Shown piece after piece: positions 43,272 to 51,901 of a stretch of 51,901 bases of DNA; the stretch's first letter is position 1, and each line of letters begins with the position of its first letter. Origin of the DNA: Bacteroidota bacterium (GTDB lineage Bacteria > Bacteroidota > Ignavibacteria > Kapaibacteriales > Kapaibacteriaceae); contig JBEBCJ010000134.1 in NCBI GenBank assembly GCA_041157865.1, forward strand, positions 1 through 51,901, written 5' to 3'. Below the pieces are notes generated by a model, which saw only the letters and a list, made by a program, of their open reading frames with translations, was not told the DNA's origin and ran no database searches. Made by a program: the position numbers and the translations under genes.

Positions 43272-46200
43272 ATGAATGAATCACGTCTCGAACCATCGTT
43301 GTACCAGATGCCGCTTCAGCGCTTACGCAACCGCGTAACGTTCGGAACGATCGAATCTGAATCAACGTATCCGGATCTTCTTGGGATCCAAATCGATTCG
43401 TTTCATGACTTCCTCCAAGAGGACGTCTCAATTTCAGAGCGCCGGTTCCTCGGACTCCAGCGCGCATTCGAAAGCAATTTCCCGATCGAGGATAACTCGG
43501 GCGTGTACGAATTGAGCTTTCTCGAGTATATCATCGAGAAGCCGAAGTACTCAGAAGAGGAATGCCGCGAGCGCGAACTTACGTATGCGAAAACCCTGAA
43601 GGCCAAGCTGCGCTTGTCCTCCAAGGCAGATCCTACGTCAGAAGATTACATCGAGGCGATCGACCAGGAAGTTTATCTCGGTCAGATCCCGGCGATGACA
43701 CCGCGCGGTACGTTCATCATCAATGGCGCGGAGCGCGTGATCGTTGCTCAGTTGCATCGCTCGCCGGGCTGCTTCTTTGACGAGGCCCTTCACCCGAACG
43801 GCACGAAGATCTTCTCTGCTCGTATCATTCCGTTCAAGGGATCGTGGGTAGAGTTCACAACGGACATCCACGATGTGATGTATGCCTACATCGACCGCAA
43901 GAAGAAGTTTCCGGTAACGACACTTCTGCGTGCTCTCGGATATTCGAGCGATGAAGACTTGCTCAACCTCTTCGACCTTACGATGGAGATCTCCGTCAAG
44001 AAGATGTCGGAAGATCACCTTGGCCGCCGCATTGCCGCAGATGCCGTAGACATGAATACTGGCGAAGTGGTCGCGCAGCGCGATCTTATTCTTGACGAAG
44101 AGCTTGTTGCGCTGCTCCAGGCATCGTCAGTAGACACACTGCGTGTGTACAAGTACGAGAACTCGAACGACGAGCCGATCATCGCAAAGACGTTGGCAAA
44201 GGACACGGCACGCACCCGCGAAGATGCTCTCGAGACGATCTACCGTCAGCTCCGCTCAAGCGATCCGCCGGATCTTGATACAGCATGGGGCTTGCTCGAG
44301 AAGCTCTTCTTTAATCCGAAGCGTTATGATCTGGGCGTCGTTGGTCGTTACCGTATCAATGAAAAGCTCGACATGACTGTGCCGCTCGACGTAACAACGC
44401 TTACCGTAGACGACATCGTAGCTATCGTAAAGTACTTGATCGAAGTTCGCGACGCGAAGGTACCGGTCGATGATATCGATCACCTGGCCAATCGCCGTGT
44501 GCGTACTGTTGGGGAGCAGCTTGAATCAACATTTAATCTTGGTCTTACGCGTATGGCACGTACGATCAAGGAGCGTCTGAGCGTTCGCGACAGCGAAAGC
44601 GTTACTCCGAGTGAGTTGGTCAATGCTCGTACGATTACGAGCGTTATCAATCAGTTCTTCGGAACAAACCAGCTGTCACAGTTCATGGATCAAACCAATC
44701 CGCTTTCAGAGATCACGCACAAGCGTCGTACCTCTGCCCTCGGACCTGGTGGTCTTACACGTGAGCGCGCAGGCTTTGAGGTGCGCGACGTTCACTACAC
44801 GCACTACGGACGCCTTTGCCCGATCGAAACTCCTGAAGGCCCGAACATTGGTCTTATCTCCTCGCTTGCTATCCATGCTCGCGTGAACAAGTTCGGCTTC
44901 ATTGAGACACCATACCGCAAGGTTGTTAACGGTGTTGTAACAGAAGAAATCGAGTTTTTGCCGGCAGACAAGGAAGAAGGACTTATCATTATCCCTGCAT
45001 CAACAGCAACAGATGCCAAGGGTAAGATCCTGGGTGAGACGGTCAAAGCACGCGTAAGCGGCGACTACCGCGTTCTGCACCCAACAGAGGTCCACTACAT
45101 GGAAGTAAGCACGGACCAGATCACATCTCCTGCTGCTTCTCTTATTCCATTCCTTGAGCACGACGATGCTAACCGCGCGTTGATGGGTTCAAACATGCAA
45201 CGCCAGGGCGTGCCGCTGCTGCGTCCTGAAGCACCAATCGTTGGTACGGGCATGGAAGCACGTGTAGCCCGCGACTCGCGCGCACTTGTGCTCTCCGAAG
45301 ACGAGGGCGTTGTTGAGTACGTATGTGCCGATTACATCCGCATCAAGTATGACGATCGCCGTTCCGGCGACGACAAGTTGGTTTCCTTCGAGAATGATCG
45401 TACGGTAACGTACAATCTTCAGAAGTTCTATCGCACCAACCAGGACACATGCATCAACCAGAAGCCAATTGTGGCAACTGGCGAGCGTGTTGCTAAGGGG
45501 CAGCCGATTATCGACGGGGCATCAACTGACAAGGGCGAGCTTGCGCTTGGTCGCAATGTGATGGTAGCCTTCATGCCTTGGCGCGGTTACAACTTCGAAG
45601 ATGCTATCGTTCTAAGTGAGCGTATGGTCGCAGAAGATGTGTTTACATCGATTCATATCGAAGAGTATACGCTTCAGGTTCGCGACACAAAACGTGGTGA
45701 AGAGGAATTCACCCGCGAAATCCCGAACGTCAGCGAAGAAGCAACGAAGGATCTCGACGACCGTGGTATCGTGCGCATTGGCGCCAAGATTCGTGAGGGA
45801 GACATCCTGATTGGAAAGATCACACCAAAGGGTGAGACAGATCCAACACCGGAAGAAAAGCTCCTGCGTGCGATCTTCGGTGATAAGGCTGGGGACGTCA
45901 AGGATGTGTCATTAAAGGCACCTCCTGGACTCAAGGGAACGGTAATCAATACAAAGCTTTTTGCACGCCGCGTCCTTACAAGTGACAGCGAATTCCGCCT
46001 CGAAGAAAAGAAGCGTCAAGACCTTATCACAAAGCGCGAGCACCAGGCCTTGCGTTCGCTCGACATCGACTGTATCGAGCGTCTGGGCCAGATCCTTGAA
46101 GGCGAGACAACTCTCGGTATCAAGTCAGATAACGGAACGGCAATCTATCGCAGCGGCTCGAAGCTGTCGGCTAAGGACATGCTTTCCAAGTACGAAGCAG

Positions 46201-47099
46201 GAACATTCCTACCGTCGAATGTAAGCCTGGAGCAAGACTGGGTTGCTGAAAAGAAGACGATGAAGCTTGTTCGTAAGCTCATGGAGAATTACAACAACCG
46301 TCGCAACAACATCATGCTTGATGGTCGCATCGAGCGTAACAAGATCGCCGCAGGCGATGAGTTGCAGCCGGGTATTCAACAGATGGCCAAGGTCTATGTT
46401 GCCAAGAAGCGCAAGCTTCAGGTCGGAGACAAGATGGCTGGTCGCCACGGTAACAAGGGTATCGTTTCCAAGATCGTACCTCTTGAAGACATGCCTTTCC
46501 TTCCGAACGGCAAGCCTGTTGATATCGTGCTCAACCCACTGGGCGTGCCTTCTCGTATGAACCTGGGTCAGCTGTACGAAACCGCTCTTGGGTGGGCTGG
46601 CCGTGAACTTGGTGTACACTTTGCAACGCCGATCTTCGATGGTGCATCATGGGACCAGGTTGGCGACTACCTCGCTCAAGCAGGCCTGCCACGGACTGGT
46701 AAAACGGTGCTCTATGATGGCCGCACTGGTGAAGCATTTGAAAACGAGGTAACGGTGGGCATCATCTACATGATGAAACTCTCTCACCTTGTTGAAGACA
46801 AGATCCACGCTCGTTCTATTGGACCATACTCGCTTATCACGCAGCAACCGCTCGGTGGTAAGGCACAGTTTGGTGGTCAGCGTCTTGGAGAGATGGAAGT
46901 GTGGGCCCTCGAAGCTTACGGGGCCGCACATACACTTCAAGAAATGCTCACACTGAAGTCCGATGATGTGCAGGGTCGTGCGAAGATGTACGAAACCTTG
47001 GTCAAGGGCGAGAACTTGCCGAATCCGGGAATACCGGAGTCGTTCAATGTTCTTATACGTGAGTTGCAGGGTCTGTGTTTGGACGTTAAGCTCGATTAA
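43272..47099 (+). CDS. rpoB: DNA-directed RNA polymerase subunit beta
   Basis: The ATG at 43272 has GGGAG 8 nt upstream; the track start at 43245 is TTG. Canonical beta motifs are present throughout (GRHGNKGIVSKI, NPLGVPSRMNLGQ, KLSHLVEDKIHARS...). Confidence 0.97.
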   Translation: MNESRLEPSLYQMPLQRLRNRVTFGTIESESTYPDLLGIQIDSFHDFLQEDVSISERRFLGLQRAFESNFPIEDNSGVYELSFLEYIIEKPKYSEEECRERELTYAKTLKAKLRLSSKADPTSEDYIEAIDQEVYLGQIPAMTPRGTFIINGAERVIVAQLHRSPGCFFDEALHPNGTKIFSARIIPFKGSWVEFTTDIHDVMYAYIDRKKKFPVTTLLRALGYSSDEDLLNLFDLTMEISVKKMSEDHLGRRIAADAVDMNTGEVVAQRDLILDEELVALLQASSVDTLRVYKYENSNDEPIIAKTLAKDTARTREDALETIYRQLRSSDPPDLDTAWGLLEKLFFNPKRYDLGVVGRYRINEKLDMTVPLDVTTLTVDDIVAIVKYLIEVRDAKVPVDDIDHLANRRVRTVGEQLESTFNLGLTRMARTIKERLSVRDSESVTPSELVNARTITSVINQFFGTNQLSQFMDQTNPLSEITHKRRTSALGPGGLTRERAGFEVRDVHYTHYGRLCPIETPEGPNIGLISSLAIHARVNKFGFIETPYRKVVNGVVTEEIEFLPADKEEGLIIIPASTATDAKGKILGETVKARVSGDYRVLHPTEVHYMEVSTDQITSPAASLIPFLEHDDANRALMGSNMQRQGVPLLRPEAPIVGTGMEARVARDSRALVLSEDEGVVEYVCADYIRIKYDDRRSGDDKLVSFENDRTVTYNLQKFYRTNQDTCINQKPIVATGERVAKGQPIIDGASTDKGELALGRNVMVAFMPWRGYNFEDAIVLSERMVAEDVFTSIHIEEYTLQVRDTKRGEEEFTREIPNVSEEATKDLDDRGIVRIGAKIREGDILIGKITPKGETDPTPEEKLLRAIFGDKAGDVKDVSLKAPPGLKGTVINTKLFARRVLTSDSEFRLEEKKRQDLITKREHQALRSLDIDCIERLGQILEGETTLGIKSDNGTAIYRSGSKLSAKDMLSKYEAGTFLPSNVSLEQDWVAEKKTMKLVRKLMENYNNRRNNIMLDGRIERNKIAAGDELQPGIQQMAKVYVAKKRKLQVGDKMAGRHGNKGIVSKIVPLEDMPFLPNGKPVDIVLNPLGVPSRMNLGQLYETALGWAGRELGVHFATPIFDGASWDQVGDYLAQAGLPRTGKTVLYDGRTGEAFENEVTVGIIYMMKLSHLVEDKIHARSIGPYSLITQQPLGGKAQFGGQRLGEMEVWALEAYGAAHTLQEMLTLKSDDVQGRAKMYETLVKGENLPNPGIPESFNVLIRELQGLCLDVKLD

Positions 47100-47151
47100 G
47101 GGGCTTGCGATCCTTGTCAAACTGAATTGGAATTTTTGAGTCGGAGTTACG

Positions 47152-50100
47152 ATGCAGTTCCATAACATCCCGAAGCGCGGTTATACTTCTATAACTGTTC
47201 GCATTTCGTCACCGGATGATATTCTCAATCGTTCTCATGGTGAGGTTACCAAGCCTGAGACGATCAACTACCGTTCTTTCCGTCCTGAAAAGGACGGTCT
47301 GTTCTGCGAAAAGATCTTTGGTCCGATTCGCGACTGGGAATGCGCTTGTGGAAAGTACAAGCGTATTCGCTACAAAGGCATTGTGTGCGACCGTTGCGGT
47401 GTAGAGGTAACGCAAAAGAGCGTTCGCCGCGAGCGCATGGGTCACATCATGCTTGCTGTACCTGTCGTGCACATCTGGTTCCTTCGCTCGTTACCGAGCA
47501 AGATTGCAGGCGTGATCGGTATGCCCACGAAGGACATCGAGCGAATCGTATACTACGAATCGTATGTTGTTGTTCAGCCAGGCTCTACAGGTCTGCAGAA
47601 GAAGGACCTTCTAACTGAAGAGCAGTATCTCGACGTGCTTGCAAGTCTGCGCGCAGACGAGCGAAACATGGATGATGAAGATCCTCGAAAGTTCATTGCC
47701 CTCATCGGTGGTGAAGCTATCAAGGAGCTTCTTCGTCGAGTAGATGCAGACGAAGCTTACTTCCTGCTTCGCGAGGTGCTTCGTGAGGATATGTCGCAAG
47801 CAAAGCGTGCAGACGTTTTAAAGCGTCTTCGCATCCTTGATGCATTCCGCTCTGCCGAAGGCAAAGAACCTAACCGTCCTGAGTGGATGGTGCTGGACAT
47901 TATCCCAGTCATCCCGCCAGATCTGCGTCCACTTGTACCGCTCGAGGGCGGACGTTTTGCAACGTCTGACCTTAACGACCTCTATCGTCGTGTCATCATC
48001 CGCAACAACCGTCTCAAGCGCTTGATCGATATCAAGGCTCCTGAGGTGATCTTGCGCAATGAAAAGCGCATGTTGCAGGAATCAGTCGATGCACTCTTCG
48101 ATAACTCGCGTCGTGCGGTTCGTAGCGAATCGCAGCGCGCACTAAAGTCTCTTGCAGACACCCTCAAGGGTAAAACTGGACGCTTCCGTCAGAACCTCCT
48201 CGGTAAACGCGTAGACTACTCTGGCCGTTCGGTTATCGTCGTTGGTCCAGAGCTCAAGCTCTACGAATGCGGTCTTCCGAAGGACATGGCCGTCGAGCTC
48301 TTTAAGCCCCTTATCATCCGCAAGCTTATCGAGCGCGGTCACTGCAAGACGGTCAAGAGCGCCAAGAAACAAGTTGAAAAGAAGACAACAGAAGTATGGG
48401 ACATTCTGGATACGGTGATCGATGGTCATCCGGTGCTCCTGAACCGCGCCCCAACGCTTCACCGTCTCGGCATTCAGGCCTTCCAGCCGAAGCTGATCGA
48501 GGGCAAGGCTATTCAGCTTCACCCGCTGGTAACGACTGCTTTCAACGCCGACTTCGACGGTGACCAGATGGCCGTTCACGTGCCACTAAGCCACGAAGCA
48601 CAACTCGAAGCACTGCTTCTGATTCTATCGGCACACAACATCATGCACACGCAGAACGGCGAGCCAATTGCTGTTCCTTCGCAGGACATGGTTTTGGGCG
48701 TGTATTACTTGACAAAGGCACGCAACGGTGTAAAGGGTGAAGGCAAGATCTTCTCTTCAGAAGAAGAAGTTGTAATCGCCTATAACACCGGCCGCATTGA
48801 CATGCACGCCAAGATCAAGGTGCGTATCAGCGGTGAAATGATCGAGACAACCGCAGGGCGTGTTGTCTTCAACAAGATCGTGCCAGCAGAGCTTGGCTAC
48901 ATGAATGAAATGCTTGGCAAGAAGCGTCTGCGTCAGGTTATTGCAGATTGCTTCCGCAAGGCTGGCCTTGCCAAGACGGTTGAGTTTCTTGACAAGCTCA
49001 AGGAAACAGGATTTATGACCGCTACACGCGGTGGACTTTCTGTTTCTATCGCCGATGTTGTTGTGCCAGATGAGAAGACAACAATCATCGACAGAGCTCA
49101 AAAGGAAGTTGATAAGATCGAAGACTATTATCACTCAGGTGTCATCACCGAAGGTGAGCGCTATAACAAGATCATCGATACATGGTCAACAGCCACTAAC
49201 CGCGTGGCAGATAAGCTCTACAACGAGCTTGCCTCCAACAAGGATGGATTCAATACGTTCTTCATGATGCTTGACTCGCAGGCACGGGGCTCCAAGGAGC
49301 AGATCCGTCAGCTTGCTGGTATGCGTGGTCTGATGGCCAAGCCGCAAAAGACGGCAGCCGCCTCGAGCGCAGAACTGATCGAGAACCCGATCATTTCGAA
49401 CTTCAAAGAAGGCCTCACAATTCTCGAGTATTTCATTTCCACGCACGGTGCACGTAAGGGTCTGGCTGATACAGCTCTGAAAACTGCCGACGCTGGATAC
49501 CTGACACGCCGTCTGCACGACGTTGCTCAAGATGTTGTTATCTCTGATGATGACTGCGGCACGATCCGTGGCGTAGAAATGCGCGCACTGAAAGACGGGG
49601 AAGATGTGAAGGAGCCTCTCAAGGAGCGCATCCTTGGTCGTACATCTCTGATGGACGTTGTAGATCCGATCACGAACGAAGTTTACTGTGCCAAGGGGCA
49701 GCTGATCGACGAGGAAATTTCGGAAGCGATCGAGCACAGCCCAATTGAGGCGGTAATGATTCGCAGTGTTCTTACGTGTGAGTCACGCCGCGGTGTATGT
49801 GCACGTTGTTACGGACGCAACATGGCAACCGGACAGCTTGTGGACACCGGCGAAGCTGTTGGCACGATCGCATCACAGTCGATCGGCGAGCCTGGTACGC
49901 AGCTTACACTTCGTACGTTCCACACCGGTGGTACAGCTTCGCTGTCAATGAGCCAAAGCTTGGTGCTTGCCAAGTTCGACGGCGCCATCCAATTCGACGG
50001 CGTGCGTACGGTCAACTATCCCGGTGAAACCGAAGACGTGGTCGTTGTCGTCTCCCGCGCAGGTGTAATCAACATCGTTGAACCTGGTTCAAACCGTGTT

Positions 50101-51432
50101 GTTACGAAGTATGACGTGGTGTATGGTGCGGAACTCAAGGTAATAGACGGACAAAAGGTCAAGAAGGGCGATATGCTCTATGACTGGGATCCATACAACT
50201 CTGTGATCATCACAGAGAAGGCAGGACGTGTCCGCTATCGCGACCTTGTATCGAATCTTACTTTCAAAGAAGCGATCGACGAGCAAACCGGACACACAAC
50301 GAAGATCGTTATTGATTCTCGTGACCGTACGAAGTCGCCTGCGATCGAAATCGTTGATGACGATGGAGTATTGATCCAGTCATACATCATTCCATCGCGC
50401 GCACAAATCGTTGTCGATGATGGAGACATCGTATCGGTTGGTTCAAAGCTTGTAAAGATGCCTCGCGACCTCGGACGTCTTCGCGACATCACAGGTGGTC
50501 TGCCTCGTGTTACAGAATTGTTTGAAGCCCGTGCTCCACAGGCCCCATCTGCTGTAACAGAGATCGATGGTATCGTCTCAATCGACAAGCCAAAGCGCGG
50601 CTCGCGTGTGATCAGTGTTACATCGCTTGACGGCGAGATGAAACGCGATTACAGCGTGCCGATCGGACGTCACGTTCTTGTTCAGGAAGGCGACCTAGTT
50701 CGTGCTGGAGATCGTCTGACAGAAGGCGCAATCAATCCACACGACATCCTTCACATCAAGGGTATCAACGAAGTTCAGGCCTACCTCGTAAACGAGATTC
50801 AAGAAGTTTACCGAATGCAGGGCGTGAAGATCAACGATAAGCACATCGAAGTTATCGTGCGCCAGATGCTCCAGAAGGTTCGTGTTACCGATGCTGGTGA
50901 CTCAGGATTCCTTGAAGGAGACCAGACCGACCGCATGCGCTTCTCGGACGAAAACGAACGTTTACGCGGTTGCGTAGTTGTAACTGATCCAGGCGACTCG
51001 AAAATGAAGCTCGGCCAGATCATTGACAAGAAGGTTCTGCGCGAGATCAACGTCGAACTCAAGAAGAAGGAAAAGGCTGCTGCTAAGAGCCGCAACGCTG
51101 AGCCAGCGATCGGCGAGCCACTACTCCTGGGTATTACCCAGGCTTCATTGACGACTGAGTCATGGCTCTCAGCGGCGTCCTTCCAGGAAACCACGCGAGT
51201 ACTCGCTGATGCATCGGCTGCAGCAAAGGTCGACAAGCTTCTTGGTCTGAAGGAAAACATCATCCTTGGTCAGCTTGTGCCTGCAGGTACAGGTCTGCGT
51301 GCATACCAAGAGATGCTTGTTGCATCGGATGTTGGCAACATCTTCGGACCGGATGCGATTATTCCTCAAGTTGCAGAAGAAGACGAAACACAGCGCCGCC
51401 CAGTTCGTCGCACAACACGCGTCTCGGCGTAA
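47152..51432 (+). CDS. rpoC: DNA-directed RNA polymerase subunit beta'
   Basis: 1426 aa. Zn-finger [23 protein letters not shown], catalytic [12 protein letters not shown], trigger loop and bridge helix regions. Confidence 0.97.
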   Translation: MQFHNIPKRGYTSITVRISSPDDILNRSHGEVTKPETINYRSFRPEKDGLFCEKIFGPIRDWECACGKYKRIRYKGIVCDRCGVEVTQKSVRRERMGHIMLAVPVVHIWFLRSLPSKIAGVIGMPTKDIERIVYYESYVVVQPGSTGLQKKDLLTEEQYLDVLASLRADERNMDDEDPRKFIALIGGEAIKELLRRVDADEAYFLLREVLREDMSQAKRADVLKRLRILDAFRSAEGKEPNRPEWMVLDIIPVIPPDLRPLVPLEGGRFATSDLNDLYRRVIIRNNRLKRLIDIKAPEVILRNEKRMLQESVDALFDNSRRAVRSESQRALKSLADTLKGKTGRFRQNLLGKRVDYSGRSVIVVGPELKLYECGLPKDMAVELFKPLIIRKLIERGHCKTVKSAKKQVEKKTTEVWDILDTVIDGHPVLLNRAPTLHRLGIQAFQPKLIEGKAIQLHPLVTTAFNADFDGDQMAVHVPLSHEAQLEALLLILSAHNIMHTQNGEPIAVPSQDMVLGVYYLTKARNGVKGEGKIFSSEEEVVIAYNTGRIDMHAKIKVRISGEMIETTAGRVVFNKIVPAELGYMNEMLGKKRLRQVIADCFRKAGLAKTVEFLDKLKETGFMTATRGGLSVSIADVVVPDEKTTIIDRAQKEVDKIEDYYHSGVITEGERYNKIIDTWSTATNRVADKLYNELASNKDGFNTFFMMLDSQARGSKEQIRQLAGMRGLMAKPQKTAAASSAELIENPIISNFKEGLTILEYFISTHGARKGLADTALKTADAGYLTRRLHDVAQDVVISDDDCGTIRGVEMRALKDGEDVKEPLKERILGRTSLMDVVDPITNEVYCAKGQLIDEEISEAIEHSPIEAVMIRSVLTCESRRGVCARCYGRNMATGQLVDTGEAVGTIASQSIGEPGTQLTLRTFHTGGTASLSMSQSLVLAKFDGAIQFDGVRTVNYPGETEDVVVVVSRAGVINIVEPGSNRVVTKYDVVYGAELKVIDGQKVKKGDMLYDWDPYNSVIITEKAGRVRYRDLVSNLTFKEAIDEQTGHTTKIVIDSRDRTKSPAIEIVDDDGVLIQSYIIPSRAQIVVDDGDIVSVGSKLVKMPRDLGRLRDITGGLPRVTELFEARAPQAPSAVTEIDGIVSIDKPKRGSRVISVTSLDGEMKRDYSVPIGRHVLVQEGDLVRAGDRLTEGAINPHDILHIKGINEVQAYLVNEIQEVYRMQGVKINDKHIEVIVRQMLQKVRVTDAGDSGFLEGDQTDRMRFSDENERLRGCVVVTDPGDSKMKLGQIIDKKVLREINVELKKKEKAAAKSRNAEPAIGEPLLLGITQASLTTESWLSAASFQETTRVLADASAAAKVDKLLGLKENIILGQLVPAGTGLRAYQEMLVASDVGNIFGPDAIIPQVAEEDETQRRPVRRTTRVSA

Positions 51433-51458
51433 CCTTTACGACATTGTAGGATTTACCA

Positions 51459-51496
51459 GGGGGCTAGCGGTATACCGTTAGCCCCCTTTCTTGTTT
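51459..51496 (+). terminator. Rho-independent terminator after rpoC
   Basis: GGGGGCTAGCGG-tata-CCGTTAGCCCCC is a 12-bp stem with one mismatch, followed by TTTCTTGTTT, 27 nt after the rpoC stop. Confidence 0.7.
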
Positions 51497-51536
51497 CTGT
51501 GTAGATTCGACGGCTATTGAACATGGGGTCACAGGT

Positions 51537-51901
51537 ATGAAAAGCTTCTGCATTGTTTTTGTTGCATCATTGATGCTGGTTGCGCAGGCATCTTCCGACA
51601 CGCTGTACGTGGCATCGATCGCAGAGCCAGGTGGAGATGGTAACAGCTGGAGTACTGCGTACAGAACCATTGATTATGCGCTTGCCATATGGCAGCCAGG
51701 CGATGAGATCTGGATTGCGAACGGCACCTACAATGTGGTGTCATCGGGATACACAGTCAAGAACGGCATGCATATCTATGGCGGGTTCCGTGGCAATGAG
51801 ACAATGCGAGAAGATCGGGACTGGTATCGTCGGAAGACCGTATTGTCGTCGGACAACGGAGATTTCATTTTTCTACTTGTAGACTGCGATTCGACAACTC
51901 G
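51537..51901 (+). CDS. Secreted right-handed parallel beta-helix (Pmp/pectate-lyase-like) protein, N-terminal fragment running off the right edge
   Basis: My own translation from ATG 51537 is open to the window end. It reads MKSFCIVFVASLMLVAQA (signal peptide), then LYVASIAEPGGDGNSWSTAYRTIDYALAIWQPGDEIWIANGTYNV...IYGGFRGNE. This is the usual N-terminal signature of beta-helix surface proteins. Confidence 0.6.
   Translation, partial: MKSFCIVFVASLMLVAQASSDTLYVASIAEPGGDGNSWSTAYRTIDYALAIWQPGDEIWIANGTYNVVSSGYTVKNGMHIYGGFRGNETMREDRDWYRRKTVLSSDNGDFIFLLVDCDSTT

Noticed and set aside
51529-51882. ORFs 51580-51882 (+) and 51529-51744 (-) at the right edge.
   Set aside because: The frame beginning at ATG 51537 gives a signal peptide and a recognisable beta-helix N-terminal signature. 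These two give Arg/Cys-rich products.

Overview
This 51.9 kb window is a chromosomal segment of a Gram-negative bacterium with moderate GC. It probably belongs to the FCB group (Bacteroidota/Ignavibacteriota/Chlorobi-like), because three secreted proteins end in T9SS-type C-terminal sorting domains. I found no transposase, integrase, CRISPR array or rRNA. The right third is the conserved core cluster: carA, tRNA-Tyr/Gly/Thr/Trp, secE, nusG, rplK, rplA, rplJ, rplL, rpoB and rpoC. The tuf gene that usually sits between tRNA-Thr and tRNA-Trp is absent. The middle holds groES-groEL behind a perfect CIRCE operator, a four-gene translationally coupled operon (TatD, TcdA, a DAO-type FAD oxidoreductase, MnmM/YtqB methylase), then gpx, maf, plsY and lysC. 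It also holds a YfhO-like membrane protein and a DUF1800/DUF1501/glycosidase-like/lipoprotein secreted cluster. The left part is the most unusual. A long, tightly packed + strand operon (2295-9850) contains cdsA, a His-rich CDF exporter and an unknown membrane protein. It continues with an arsenosugar-type module (AhpD-like protein, radical SAM ArsS, TIGR04282-like transferase) that has a Tag glycosylase homolog and a CrtZ-family hydroxylase inserted by ATGA overlaps, and ends with a flavoprotein/NapH-like polyferredoxin pair. No arsM is visible in the window. Other accessory items are a two-gene module of unknown function (an internally duplicated small protein plus an exported RGG/SFGG-rich anchored protein), a 1119-aa S8 protease with a BNR propeller, an LTXXQ lipoprotein, a bacterial S10 carboxypeptidase next to YbdK, and a catalytically degenerate 3-hydroxyacyl-CoA dehydrogenase paralog. 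All functional calls come from motif recognition by eye on the supplied translations; no database search was run.
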